Shown one piece after another: positions 26,484 through 38,789 of a DNA stretch of 64,000 bases. The number at the start of each line of letters is the position of its first letter. Position 1 is the first letter of the stretch. The notes beneath the pieces were generated by a model. It was not told the DNA's origin. It worked only from the letters and a program-made list of their open reading frames with translations, and did not search any database. Source of the DNA: Podarcis filfolensis (taxonomy: Eukaryota). Made by a program: the position numbers and the translations under genes. The DNA lies in assembly GCA_964270895.1 (NCBI GenBank), contig OZ185435.1; one strand, 5' to 3'.

Positions 26484-29400
26484 GGATGCGGGGGGGAGGA
26501 ACCAATGGAGTCCCATGACCATGAAATGCCAAACGTACAGCTTGTGACAGTACAATTAAAGTTTAAATGTATGCACAAAAAACAATGGAATCAGTTACAA
26601 CAGCGGTAATTTGTGATAACTTAATCATCCTTCCTTTGTTGGAGAATAGCAATGTTCAAGTCAGCATTAGGAGAGAGTCCTGGGAGACTGAAATGTTCTC
26701 TCACGAGTTTCTGAACGTTGCCATTCCTGATGTCAGATATGTGATCATCATCATCATCATCATTGCATAGAGACTGACCTGAAACTCAATTACACAGCAA
26801 GTTTAAAAGAAGACGCGGGTATGAAACTACTGAATTAGAACTGAATAAGAAGTTTGATTATATCAGTTCTGAGCATAAGTAGAGACTATGGGTTCTTGTC
26901 CCACTACAAACATTACTTAATTTAACAATGATTAGGGTATCATCAATTACTGCTGTTGTGAATAGTCACTGGGTTTATTTTGCATACAATTTTAAGCTTC
27001 CGTTGAATTTTCAGAGTGTACTATTGGCATTTCATTGCCATTAGATCTCATTATTTACACACACACCTCTCTACACACAAGTGTAATAGTGAAGTGGACT
27101 CTGGTCTATGGAAGCTTATGCCATAGTAAATGTGTTAGTCATTCAGGGGCCACAAGACTGTTGCTTTTGCACATGAACATGGCTAATTCATACTGCAGTG
27201 AGTTACTGCTTTAGTGCACAGGGAAGGCCATGTGATGCCCTTCAGATGTTGTGGTCTACAACTCCTATCAACCTGGACTGTTGATGGTTAGAGCCTTCAA
27301 CAAATAGAAGACACTACATTAGCTACCTCTGCCTTACTGACTCGCATCAGGTCATAAGATTGCAGTAAGAAACTGAAGCCCACTTGCAATGAACCAAGCT
27401 AAACACCAGGTGTCAGTGGTGAACTATGTATGGCAAACCTACCAAGCTGTAGTGCAGCAGAGCTGCCTAGAAAGAGCTAAACGTTTTAATTGACCAAGTG
27501 TCTCCAGAAATCTTCCATGAATTCATGTAAGTCATTTTTAAAAGTGATTTCCTCTATAACTCCCTGAGTGTTTACTGCCTTGTGAACTTGACATTGCTCA
27601 ATGAAGTGATGGCAATAACAAAAGCCACAAGTTCAAATATTCGGTCTGTGATTCCAGCTTGCCAATTTCCAAAGCCTGCAGCTTATTTCAGGCCATGCAG
27701 CAACATCCCGTGCATTCTAAATACATGGGATCTTCCATTTTGCTCCCCTTGCAAGGCCATTCTTTTACAAATACGCTCCTTGCTTATCACAGACTCTGCC
27801 TGCTGCCTGCTTGCTGGCACAGTTGCTATTGAAGGAAATTGCTAATGTTGACTGAACTGTAAAAGGCGGTAGGGAGAAACTGCCTGTTATGCAAATGCAT
27901 ATATTAACTCCCTAAATCAACTTCTTTTAAGAAAAATAGCAGCTCCAGAAAGGATTGGCTTTCAGCAGAGAAATAGATGGATGTTTAACCCTTTCCCCAC
28001 CCAGTGCTCTTTCTCAGTATCTCCTCGTTGGGGATCCAGATGTGTGTTTGCTGCACACATTTCTGGGATTCTTTTGAAAAATCATATGCTTTAAATATAT
28101 GATGTGGACGGTGGTATCACTGCAGGTGGGGGAGTATATTTCCGTTTATGCATTAAATTTTGAAAATTGATAATCAGAAAATGAATAATATGCATTCTGA
28201 ATATATTAAGAATGATAGCAAATCATTTGTTTTCATTATTTAGTTTATTCCACTTGCAGTGTCTCATTTTCTTGCAAAATGTATTTACAGTGACCAAGAC
28301 TGCAGAAGTGAAGGGATTTTGTTTGTTTGCAGATAAACTTCAACAGAGTGACAGAGATTTTACAAATGCAAGCCCTTCTATTCCGAACTGTAATCATACA
28401 TATTCTTTTATTGAAGAGTCTACATGAATTTGGTTCTAATCACCAAGACATCAATGATTATTTATTATTTACCCTGCTCTTCCTCCGAACAGCTTGCAGC
28501 AGCATACATACCTCCTACTTTTTACATTCACAACAACCCTGTGCGGTAGGTTAGACTGAGCCACAACAACTGATTCAAGGCCACCTAATAAACTCTGTGG
28601 CTGTGGGTGGGTCTCCCCAGTGTAAAGCAAACACTACTACAACTCACTGGAAACAACTTCAAAGATGGTCCCACTACATTGCTTTGGATGGGTCTGAATT
28701 TATTTAACGATATTGTATTGTGGAAACCCAGCCATTTCATCTGCCTCTAGCTTTGACCCATAGTCTTCCTTAGATTCACCACCTTTGACAAGCATCCTTT
28801 CAAGAGTCTCAAAGCAATCTTTGAGGTCAAGTTTTCCTGCCATGGAGATAACAATAATGGGGAAAGAGCCACTTGTTGACTAGTACTTGTTGCACAAATA
28901 CAAACAGCACATAACTTTTACTTATCCCTAAATCAGAAGTGGGGAACCTGTGGCCTTCAGAATGGTGTCAGACCACCACTGCTTTCATCCCTGAGTGGCT
29001 GAGGCTGGTAGGAGGTGGAGCCCCAATTTTTTTTGGAGGGCAGCCAATTCTCTCCCCCTTCCAATGTAGCATCATGCCTGGGGGGGGGGAGCTCCATGGG
29101 GGGCATCATATGACTTCGAAAAGAGCTCTGGGAATTGTAATTGTAGTGAGAATTCTGCTGGAGAACCATAGCAGCGTAATGCATGGCATCGTATCCTACA
29201 TTTGGTGAGTTATAAATCAATTCATTGAGGGGCAATTCCTAAGAGTTTAAATCCTTTTAAGTTTGCGGTGAAGACAGATCTCTTGTGCGTAGCTCACAGC
29301 CGCTACACAGTAGCAGCAGACATCTCTGCAAAAACGTTTTTAAAACACCCTAAATAATGTATTAACTAGCATTAGTGTCAATTATTATTAGTTACATTTG

Positions 29401-30346
29401 TATCCTGCCCCTTTCCCCAAGGAGCTCCAAACAACATCTGTTCCTCCTCAAAAACTGAGATAGGTGAGATTGTGAGGCCAAGGTAGGCACTCGGTCAAGG
29501 CTACCAAAAAGAGCTTCATAACTGAGTGCTGGTTTGGACTGGGCTTCCCACATCCACACCCAATCCTATAATCATGACTACACCATCACTGAGGGCCCCT
29601 CCAGGTGTCCTTTTCATTGCACATCCATCATGATTTGTGTTCAGGTTGGCATTGGGACAGTTATCTATGATCTTGCTTTCAGTTCCGTAGAAGTTTTGAG
29701 TCAAACGTACGCCATTGTTTCCAACTGGTGCATGTTCCACAGTTTTCTGCTGAAACCCCCAAACTTTTCATACTACAAAGTCCCAAGGATTTTTGGTCCC
29801 ACTTTTGTGCCCCCTCCAGATGACAATGATGTGGTTACACTGGGGATGCATCAAACAACAACTAATAAAATGGAACAATGTGTGAGTGATCCAGTATAAA
29901 TCCACCACTAATAGACTGCTATTGCATCACTGGTAGGTTGCAGAATACACCCACAAACAAACACACACACTAGTCTGGAGGGGACCTACATGATTTCCAG
30001 GTGAACATGCTAATTTCCTTCCATTGAAAAGTGTAATGATTCAGGTAAAATAAAAGCTCTGTCTGTGGTGTTCCATTTGTGATGGCTATTCCACCTATTC
30101 AAGCAATCACTTGAGTAATGGATTTGCATGTGTAGTGAAGATGTTTGCACAGAGTTGCCTCTGTCTGATTAATACATTCTAGCACTATGTGCTTCTTTGC
30201 ACTTTATTTATTCTTTTAGATCTAACAAAACTCCTTTTAAAAAAATGTGCATCTAAAAATGTATATGTGTGTTTGGAAACATATGTGTCATAGAGATTCA
30301 CTTATCTGAAATCTAGAACTGGTTGCAGCTTACCATCCAGTTTATA

Positions 30347-30694
30347 AGGTAAAGGTAAAGGGACCCCTGACCATTAGGTCCAGTCATGACCGACTCTGGG
30401 GTTGCGGCGCTTATCTCGCTTTATTGGCCAAGGGAGCCGGCATACAGCTTCCGGGTCATGTGGCCAGCATGATTAAGCCGCTTCTAGCGAACCAGAGAAG
30501 CACATGGAAATGCTTCCCGCCGGAGTGGTACCTATTTATCTACTTGCACTTTGAGGTGCTTTCGAACTGCTAGGTTGGCAGGAGCAGGGACCGAGCAACA
30601 GGAGCTCACCCCATCGCGGGGATTCGAACCGCCGACCTTCTGATCGGCAAGTCCTAGGCTCTGTGGTTTAACCCACAGCGCCACCTGCATCCCT
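30347..30694 (-). mobile_element. Near full-length Sauria SINE with 9-bp TSD
   Basis: tRNA-like head (ggttcgaatccc B-box on minus strand), BovB-related 3' end (cagagtcggtcatgactgg) and (TTTACC)n tail. TSD CAGTTTATA at 30338-30346 and 30695-30703. Confidence 0.92.
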
Positions 30695-32865
30695 CAGTTT
30701 ATACTTTGTGGCAAACCTAGGATTGCTGCCACACATTGTTTGAAAAGGTCCTTTGCCTCATTCTCTGTCTGAATCTTCTACACCTCTTCTTCCTATTGCT
30801 GTTCTTCTTTCTCCCACATTCTCTATCTATACCTTTCCTTTAACATCTGCTTCTCTGTTGTCAGACTGCTATGTCAAGGCAGTGGGTGGGGGCCAGCCCT
30901 GAAGCTATTCCAAAACTGTAGCCAGCTTGATTTTTGCAGTGAAATACAGACAAAATCTCAGCACAAGTCTCTAGGAGCTGCAGGGGTACAACACTTTTGA
31001 TGAAATAACTGAAAAGAACAAATGAAAAGAGCAGCTCATTTAGAACTTTCAGATGCTCATGATAATTAGGAGCATTTAAATGAAAGTGTTCTAGGAATGT
31101 ACATCTCCCAGGAGCACCAGAATGAACTTTCTCCCTCCTTTTGATCTATATCTTTGTCATTCCCTCCTGTCCTCCTTTCCCCCACTTTTCTCACATTGCT
31201 CCCTTTCCCCACTTCCTATTGTTTTGAAGATTAATATGGATTATCTACCACACTGAATGCTTTTAGGTGAAATAGTGCAGGGTATCAGCAGGGATTATAA
31301 CAGAGAAAGCAGGCACTCTTTAATCAAGCTGACAATACCTTGCGTACTTTTACATGCCCTTCTGGCAACCCATGTTAAAGAACTTTATGCTGCCTCCTGT
31401 CACAGCAAAGCTGTTCACACAGGTCTCTCTCATCCTCTTTTCTTAGGAGTACAATTCTGGCACCAGCATCTGCTGCTGAGTTTTGTCTGACACGGAACCA
31501 GAGCACTGCACTATTGCTATTACGCTGCTACCTCTTGTGACTCCTATTTAACTTGCCATGGCCTCATGCATGCTAATCTATGCTTCCTTCCAGGCACCAG
31601 ACAGGTGTTGCAAATGACAGCCTCAGGGGACCAGATTCAAAGGAGGAAGAGGCTCCTGTGAGTTTAATAGCTGCTTGGAGTGAAAAGGGAATTCCTGGAA
31701 GTGCAGGTGGTCCTGCAGAGATGAGAAAAGCTGCCCTTGTGAAATTCCCTCTTTGAAGCTTCCTTAACCTTTGGCCACTCCAAGATGTCCTGTCTTCATA
31801 TTATTGTTATGATCATTTTGTGGTTGTTTTTTTTTGGGGGGGGGGGTTAAATATATATTGAGAGAATGCATTTTTAATCATGCACATCTTGCTATTAAGT
31901 GGCATTCTAGGCATTTAGGACCCCCCCCCCCGGTTTCCATGTGGTTCTGGTGATGTGCCAGTTTGTGATTATGTGGGGGTTAATAGATTCATAGCTGTGC
32001 CTTTTATTATGCAGAACTCCTGGTCAGCAGCATTTCTCAAGGTGCAACTATCTTTTTTTCCTGTTCTCATTTAGCCTTGTGTTGCTGTTCTTTCCCTCTC
32101 CGTTAGCTGCTGTTGCATAAGGATCGATAAAGGAGATCTTGGCATTGTGCTCTCACCAGGAAGATTCATGGTTTTCCTGGCACAGTGTAGACATCCTGTC
32201 CCGAGAGTTATGCACACATAATGTTTCTGCAGCATTTACTAGTAGAATAGCTGCCACAACTGGGCACAGGGTAGGCTGCTGACAGATTCTCAATTATCTC
32301 TAGTGAACTACTTCTGTCCACTGACTCTGTCTACCTGATATAACCCTATCCACCCAGACATAAATGCAGCACAAACCAAGGGTTTGTTCCACGCAAACTT
32401 AATTATACACCCCCCACCCCCAATCTCCATCCTTATCTCACCACATTCAAGTTGTTATCAAACAATATAAATAACCATAAGATCACACCATAAAAATAAT
32501 TAAAGCAACAGTCATAACCAATCGATACGTCAACGCACACACACAATATTAGCCAATGCAACACAAGTAAAAATCCTATTTGGGAAAGTCTGCCCAAACA
32601 AAAAAACACTCTCATGCAACACCCTAGCAGGGATGCACAGTGGCAGATCTCAGCGTGATCCATAATTAAGGGGCCACTGCCAAGAAGGTAGGACCACTTA
32701 CTGCTCTCATAAAGAGGCACCTAGATGATCTTAAAAGGTAAAGAGATTCCTATGGGCAGAGATGATCTGAGATATACCAAGTCCAGGTCATGAAGGACTT
32801 TGTAAATTAAAACCAGCATCTCTAATTCAAGGTAATAGGTAGTCAGTACCTCTGCTGCACAATTA

Positions 32866-33115
32866 CCATATTGGCCTGAATATAAGTCTCACTTTTTTTT
32901 TCAAATTCTGACCGTGAAAAGTTAAAGTGTGGCTTAAATTGGATTTTACGATATTGCTGCTGAAACAGGCACACAGTAAAATGGAACGGATGTGAGTGCC
33001 TGCGGAATTTTAAGGGAGCGGCTTATATTTGGGTATTGTATTTTTTTCTTTTTTGCCCTTGAATTTTAAAGGTGTGGCTTATATTTGGGTGCGGCTCATA
33101 TTCGGGCCAATATGG
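32866..33115. mobile_element. Tc1/mariner-type MITE, ~250 bp
   Basis: TIR CCATATTGGCCTGAATAT matches the reverse complement of ATATTCGGGCCAATATGG at 17 of 18 positions. TA on both flanks. Confidence 0.85.
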
Positions 33116-33282
33116 TAGTTGAATATTAGACTCCCACCTCCCTAACCCAGCAAGAAAGTGGACTGTGGCAATGCATGTAAACTAAAGCCTCTGAGATATC
33201 ATTGACTGTCCAACCTAGAACCATTAGATGGCAACCAACATTTGCACAAGATTCCAGGCTTCCATCCTGACTTGATAATGAT

Positions 33283-33376
33283 AGTGCAATCCTGCATGGA
33301 TCTATTCAGAGTTAAGTGCCATTGCTTTCAATGGGGCTTACTCCCAGATAAGTTTGTGTATATAGGATTGCAGCCT
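33283..33376. mobile_element. Short palindromic lizard MITE
   Basis: tgcaatcct...gagttaagtgccattgctttcaatggggcttactc...aggattgca, with inverted ends and an internal palindrome. Confidence 0.6.
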
Positions 33377-34099
33377 GAAATATCTTGAAACACTGAATTC
33401 ACGATGAGGTTGCTGTTTGGAGACAAGCATTCCTATGATCCCTGATCTCTCTCTCTCATATTATTTGCAGGTACTGCACAGAGTAGTGCAGATACATGTT
33501 TTCTTTTAATCACCCCTTTCCCCAAAATGACTTGAAATAATGTTATGCTACCAAGGGTGAACTCTTATCAAACCTCAAAAAAAAAAAAAAAACCAATATA
33601 TTTGTCCTTGTAATAAGGCAATGAAAATGGAATGGAGAGCTGAGACACAGATTCCTAAGGCCAAATGTTTCCCAGAGCTTGTAACGAGATTGTGGTAAAG
33701 TGCACAGAATTCAAAACTAGACCCAGACTTTCTGAAAAGGTGCCATTTACTAAATAAATTAAAGTAAAACCTCTGGGGATCCAGTTTCCATTATGCAGCC
33801 TTTGGTGTGAGGTTTTCAAGAGATCAGCAAGCAGAATAAAACGATCAAATCTCATTTGATGAATTTACATCCTACTTAAAATGCAAAGGCACATCTGTAT
33901 GAGAGCCTCACTCGCTTCCAGTTCAATGCTTTAGTGCCAAAAAGGAAGTTTAAAAACTAGTCTGCTGAAAAAGAAGAGACAAATGTTATAGAAGCCAAGC
34001 CAAGCCCCTCCCCATATCTCCCTGCTTCCATGACTTGTACAAACAATGTGTTAGAACTCCAATCTGCATATACATGCAGGTAGGGAAAGGGTAGAAAAC

Positions 34100-34440
34100 A
34101 CATAAGAATGACCTTGCTGGATCAGGACAAGCCTATTTTCCAGCATTTTGTCTTCAAGGGTGATTGCTCAAGATACCTATGCAAAGCTCACAAGCAGGAC
34201 ATGATAAAGATAGTCATCTCCTTTTATCTCTCATCTGTTGATCAGAGGTGAACTACCTCTAAATGTGGAGCTTCTGCTTTTAGTGTTAGCTTAGAAACTA
34301 CTGATAGGGCTTATGCTCCATATATTCACCCAATGCACTTTTAACGTTATCTGTAGTTGTCCTCATTGCTACATACTGTGCAAATGAATGCCACGGGCTA
34401 GTTCTGTGTTACACAGAGTACTAGTCTGAAATGGTAGGAA
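34100..34440 (-). mobile_element. Old CR1-group LINE 3' fragment (cataagaa-type end)
   Basis: cataagaatgaccttgctggatcagg...aagctcacaagcaggacatga; related to the copies at 51930-52510. Confidence 0.55.
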
Positions 34441-35579
34441 TACACCATTGCTTCTGTTTATTAAAGGCATGGCAATAACCACATATGTATTTACTGAAAT
34501 TCACCAACATAAGATTCCTAGTGACAGAAGAATCACCAGGTGGAAATAGCTTCCCCACTGTACACAGAACAGATCTTAGAGCTCTGTTGCAATTAATGTT
34601 CTAAATGCTAGCTTGCTGTGCAAATAACCAAACTTCCCTCTTTTCTGAAATATACCCAGAAATTATGTGTTAAAACTAATTTGTCTCTCCTGCTCTTCAA
34701 GATGCATCCACGTAGACTGCTTACTCGTTCACTCTTTCAAAATCCTCTCTTGGCTTGCTCTCATAATTCATTACCCTCCAACTACCAGTCTCTGATTTCA
34801 GGGCCCGTTGTGACTTATATCTCGGCCCATCAGCTGATGATAGACTCCTCAGCCCTTTCTCCTAATTTTCTTCCAGTTTGGGACCCGTGGGGTTTTTATA
34901 GGCATGCAGGGGGCTTATATTTCACAAAGTTCTGTGCATTTTCCTGCTACATGGAACCCACACCAACTCCTTGATTTTTGTGACTGTCCCTGAAGAGTGT
35001 TGGCGGATCAGTGCTGATCAGAGTCAAAAGATTTGCAGCCACTACCATGGACAGCGGCACTAGAGGTCAAAAGGATAGGGTGATTGCAGGACTGTCAGTT
35101 AGATCAAGGAGTTTGTGATTTGCCTGGTCAATGCCTCTGGTCCTTGCATTAGATCACTTAAGGGTTCTTCTGAGATCCCAATGGCATAAGGCATAGCACT
35201 CAGACCCCAGTCCCTGCTGGGGGCTGAGACATGGGGGCTGTTTTAAATTGCTCTCCACACTGCCAATTTATGTGGCAAGTTGTGTGTGCTGCAAATTACC
35301 ATGTGGATCATTATTGGGAGGTGGTGGAGAGAGGAATCTGTCCACATCATTGTGGAGCTGCTGCACTCAAAAAGGTTGACGCATGGCAAGAACTGCCACA
35401 TGGAATGATTCAGAATGGCATTCACAGCACTATCGTTCCATTTTCACAAGACCTCAGTGACTTTGAGAATGGGATGTTATGAGTTGAGAAACAATTGGGA
35501 GCACATGAGTGTGGCAGCCAAACCTCATGTTAATTGTGTTTCTGCATTTAACATGCAGGGTTGTTGTTTTTAGCATCAA

Positions 35580-35738
35580 NNNNNNNNNNNNNNNNNNNNN
35601 NNNNNNNNNNNNNNNNNNNNNNNNNNNNNNNNNNNNNNNNNNNNNNNNNNNNNNNNNNNNNNNNNNNNNNNNNNNNNNNNNNNNNNNNNNNNNNNNNNNN
35701 NNNNNNNNNNNNNNNNNNNNNNNNNNNNNNNNNNNNNN
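35580..35738. other. Assembly gap (159 N)
   Basis: Run of N. Confidence 0.99.
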
Positions 35739-36070
35739 ATCTGGCTGGGCTTCCTCAGCCACTCTGGGCAGCTTCCAACAAAATACAGTGGTACCTTGGG
35801 TTACATACACTTCAGGTTACATACGCTTCAGGTTACAGACTCCGCTAACCCAGAAATAGTACCTCGGGTTAAGAAATTTGCTTCAGGATGAGAACAGAAA
35901 TCGTGCTCTGGCGGCGCGGCAGCAGCAGGAGGCCCCATTAGCTAATGTGGTGCTTCAGGTTAAGAACAGCTTCAGGTTAAGAACGGACCTCCGGAACAAA
36001 TTAAGTACTTAATCCGAAGTACCACTGTATTAAAATACTGAAATACATCAAACATTAAAAGCTTCCCTAA
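35739..36070 (-). mobile_element. L2-type 3' fragment interrupted by the Tigger-like MITE
   Basis: atctggctgggcttcctcagccactctggg...aaa[MITE]ttaaaa...aacattaaaagcttcccta is collinear with the 22380-22470 copy. Confidence 0.65.
35786..36027. mobile_element. Tc1/mariner (Tigger-like) MITE, 242 bp
   Basis: Terminal inverted repeats CAGTGGTAC...GTACCACTG flanked by TA on both sides. Internal cttcaggtta subrepeats. Confidence 0.9.
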
Positions 36071-36816
36071 ACCTTATTATCAAGATTGTAGCAGGCAGTG
36101 AGGAGGAACTGAACCATCTCATTCTTTCTTGCAGTCGTAAAGAAAATCTCTCTGCTCTGAAGCTGTTATTTGCACTTGAAATTTAATGAGTTTAATGTCA
36201 AGTTTACTTTGGCCCTGAATGGACCTATAATAGTGGAAGCAACCAAAAAACCCATAGGAGAACCCGACTGTCCCACATATATCAAACTATGTAACCCATG
36301 AAATTATCTACCATCATGCAGTCAGAACCAGATGCATGAAGAAAGGTGCATGTTTAAGCAAGCAGCTTCATGTGGCTTGCACAGGCAAGGCAAAACAAAT
36401 ACTGCAGGGAAAAGCAGTACTCCATGCTCCACCAATACCCTTCCATAGAGCTGCAACTCAAGCAGACCTGGGGGGGGGGGGAAACTACTTTCTGGTCTTC
36501 AAGAGGCAGATCCTGACCATCAGCAAAACACTTTCACTGAAAGCTGAAATACATGACCATCAGCATCATATTACATGGAATTATATCACTTTGGGAGAAA
36601 GCTAAGTAAGAACCTTCTTCCTAAAAAAACCAGGATTGGGGCTTTAAAAATATATCTAACCTCTTAGTGTTGAGGTCCAACAAACAACAGGGGACCTCTG
36701 TGCTTTTGTACCACATACCACCACCACCACCCCATCAAAAAATCTTATAAAACTGCAGGTTTAGGACAAAAATCCAGCCTGGAGCTGCTCAGGATATAAA
36801 GGTAAAGGCTGCCATC

Positions 36817-36820
<4 letters not shown>

Positions 36821-36865
<45 letters not shown>

Positions 36866-36960
36866 TTTTTATTTATACCCCGCCCTCCCCAGCCAAGGCC
36901 GGGCTCAGAGCGGCTTACAAGCAATAATAAAAACAAGATGAATGATTACAACTTTAAAAC
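36821..36960 (-). repeat. (AAT)15 microsatellite fused to an L2-like tail fragment
   Basis: 15 AAT units at 36821-36865, then tttatttataccccgccc...gggctcagagcggcttaca. Confidence 0.75.
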
Positions 36961-38576
36961 AAAAATAAAACATATAACATTTCTCTGGCCCCGGCACTCT
37001 TAAACCTAGGCAGGTCATAGCACTGGGGTCTTAGGAACCTGTTGAACTTAATGTCCTATACTTTAGGGCCTATTTAAGGCAATATTTTAGCTATTCAACA
37101 TCATTTTATTTTTTTTAAATTTATTTTAAGTTCATAAATTATTTAAAGTTCCAAGAGCAAACTCTGGGGATCTTATAGCCTTCGGCATGTTGGCTACTTC
37201 TCAGCTACAATATTCTGACCTTACGTTAACACAAAACAGGTTTTCTTCTTCTTCAAGAGACAGCCTCTAGTTGTATTCGCAACTGAGGCCCCAATTAATT
37301 TTGCTTGAGCAAACATGTAGCCCCAGTGATGTTAGTAGGCCAAAGTTCTTCACAGAAATTGCTGTTGTGGTCTGAGTACTGCCTGGAGTAAACTACTTCT
37401 CAATTAATATACATTGCCTGAGCTTACACAGCACCAGGGGCTATGTCAAGTAAATAGCCATGCACAGCACTTGATCTCCACTTATGCAGTTTCTTATCAC
37501 TTTATACCACTTTAATCAACTTTTGATTAATCTCAGCTGAACTGTGGTCATTGAAACGTATTGTGTTTGAGATGACATCACACAAAATGAAAAGCTGTTA
37601 TCTGTAGTGATCAATCCGTGATTCCCACACACAAGCTGTCACTTGAAGTTCAGTTAAATCAGTCTTAGGATGGTCTATAGTAAATTGGGACAATGTTTCC
37701 ACTTTTCAATACCATTGTCAGGTTTCCCAAAAGATAAAAAACAAGATGTAGTCGTAGCTGTTGTTTTTGATTTAGATAACCTTCTACTGGTCTAGAAGTA
37801 TGCAAGCTTTTTCCCCCCTATGGAGGGGGAAAAGAGACAGTAGTGAAGATTTCATATTGTCATTCAAGGTTGTAGTTCTGGGGTGCTCCTAGGCCTGTTG
37901 CTCAGTCTGGAGGGTTAACCTATAGCAGTGGTCAGACATGCTTTTCACCAGGTCCACCTGGTCAGAAAGCTGGATATGGATCTGGTGGCATGGTTCATAC
38001 CTTCTCTTTGTCACGGTACAATGTAATACACTTAGCACACGGCTGCCTTTGATAATTGTCAGAGAGCGCTAACTGCTGCAAGTGAAGCCATCCCTTGATG
38101 AAACTAGGCAGCAGGAGCATATTACACCAGTGAGAACTTGCACTGTTTCTCTATGGGATCCCAGACACAATTCAGGCGGCTGCCTTTGATTTATGAAATA
38201 CTTAACAGCTAGGGGGCAATTTAGCTATGTATCCATTCTGTACTTCTCATCCTGTCTTATCATTAGGATGCCTAAGGGCATTTCAATGCAAACAGTGCAC
38301 ACCTCAGTCACCATTTAACTTACTATCTATTGCAACTTATTCTGCAAGCAAGTCCATCGAGTATTATGCACAGTCAGGATCCATATTTAGGCATTCATTG
38401 AACTCTGCTTTCCCTGTCCCCATCCCCACCATCCTCTATGAGTCAGAAGGAGATTGTCAGGGTTTAACATTGTGTGCGGCACTTACATGAGCACAGCAGG
38501 CTCCCTGTTGCAATCACCTTCCAGCTTCTGGAGGGTGACCAGGGCAGCAGTAGTAGTCATCAGGGCAAGGTAGAGA

Positions 38577-38789
38577 TGCTTGCCTGACCCCTGATCACTG
38601 CTGTCACTGCGGCATTTCATGAAGGGAAGGAGTAAGGTGGCTTTGAGATGGGCATTATGTGTATGCACTTATGGAATCTATCTGGTGCTGCTGTTGGTGT
38701 GCTTGCACTATGCTGAACTCATCACTACCTTGCTCCTCACCCTTCCTGGTACATCACAGTGATGACAGTGATAGGGGGTCAGGTAAGCA
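38577..38789. repeat. Imperfect inverted repeat, ~64-bp arms with ~84-bp spacer
   Basis: 38577-38640 aligned by hand to the reverse complement of 38725-38789 gives about 74% identity. Confidence 0.85.

Noticed and set aside
32430-32720. A/C-rich, G-poor stretch with a hydrophobic minus-strand ORF, superficially NUMT/ND6-like
   Set aside because: I could not align it to any mitochondrial gene motif, and the composition fits low-complexity TE tails. A BLASTn to the mitogenome would settle it.
35038-35058. RE1/NRSE-like motif (ACCATGGACAGCG)
   Set aside because: The right half matches, but the critical TCAGC left half does not (about 15 of 21 positions).
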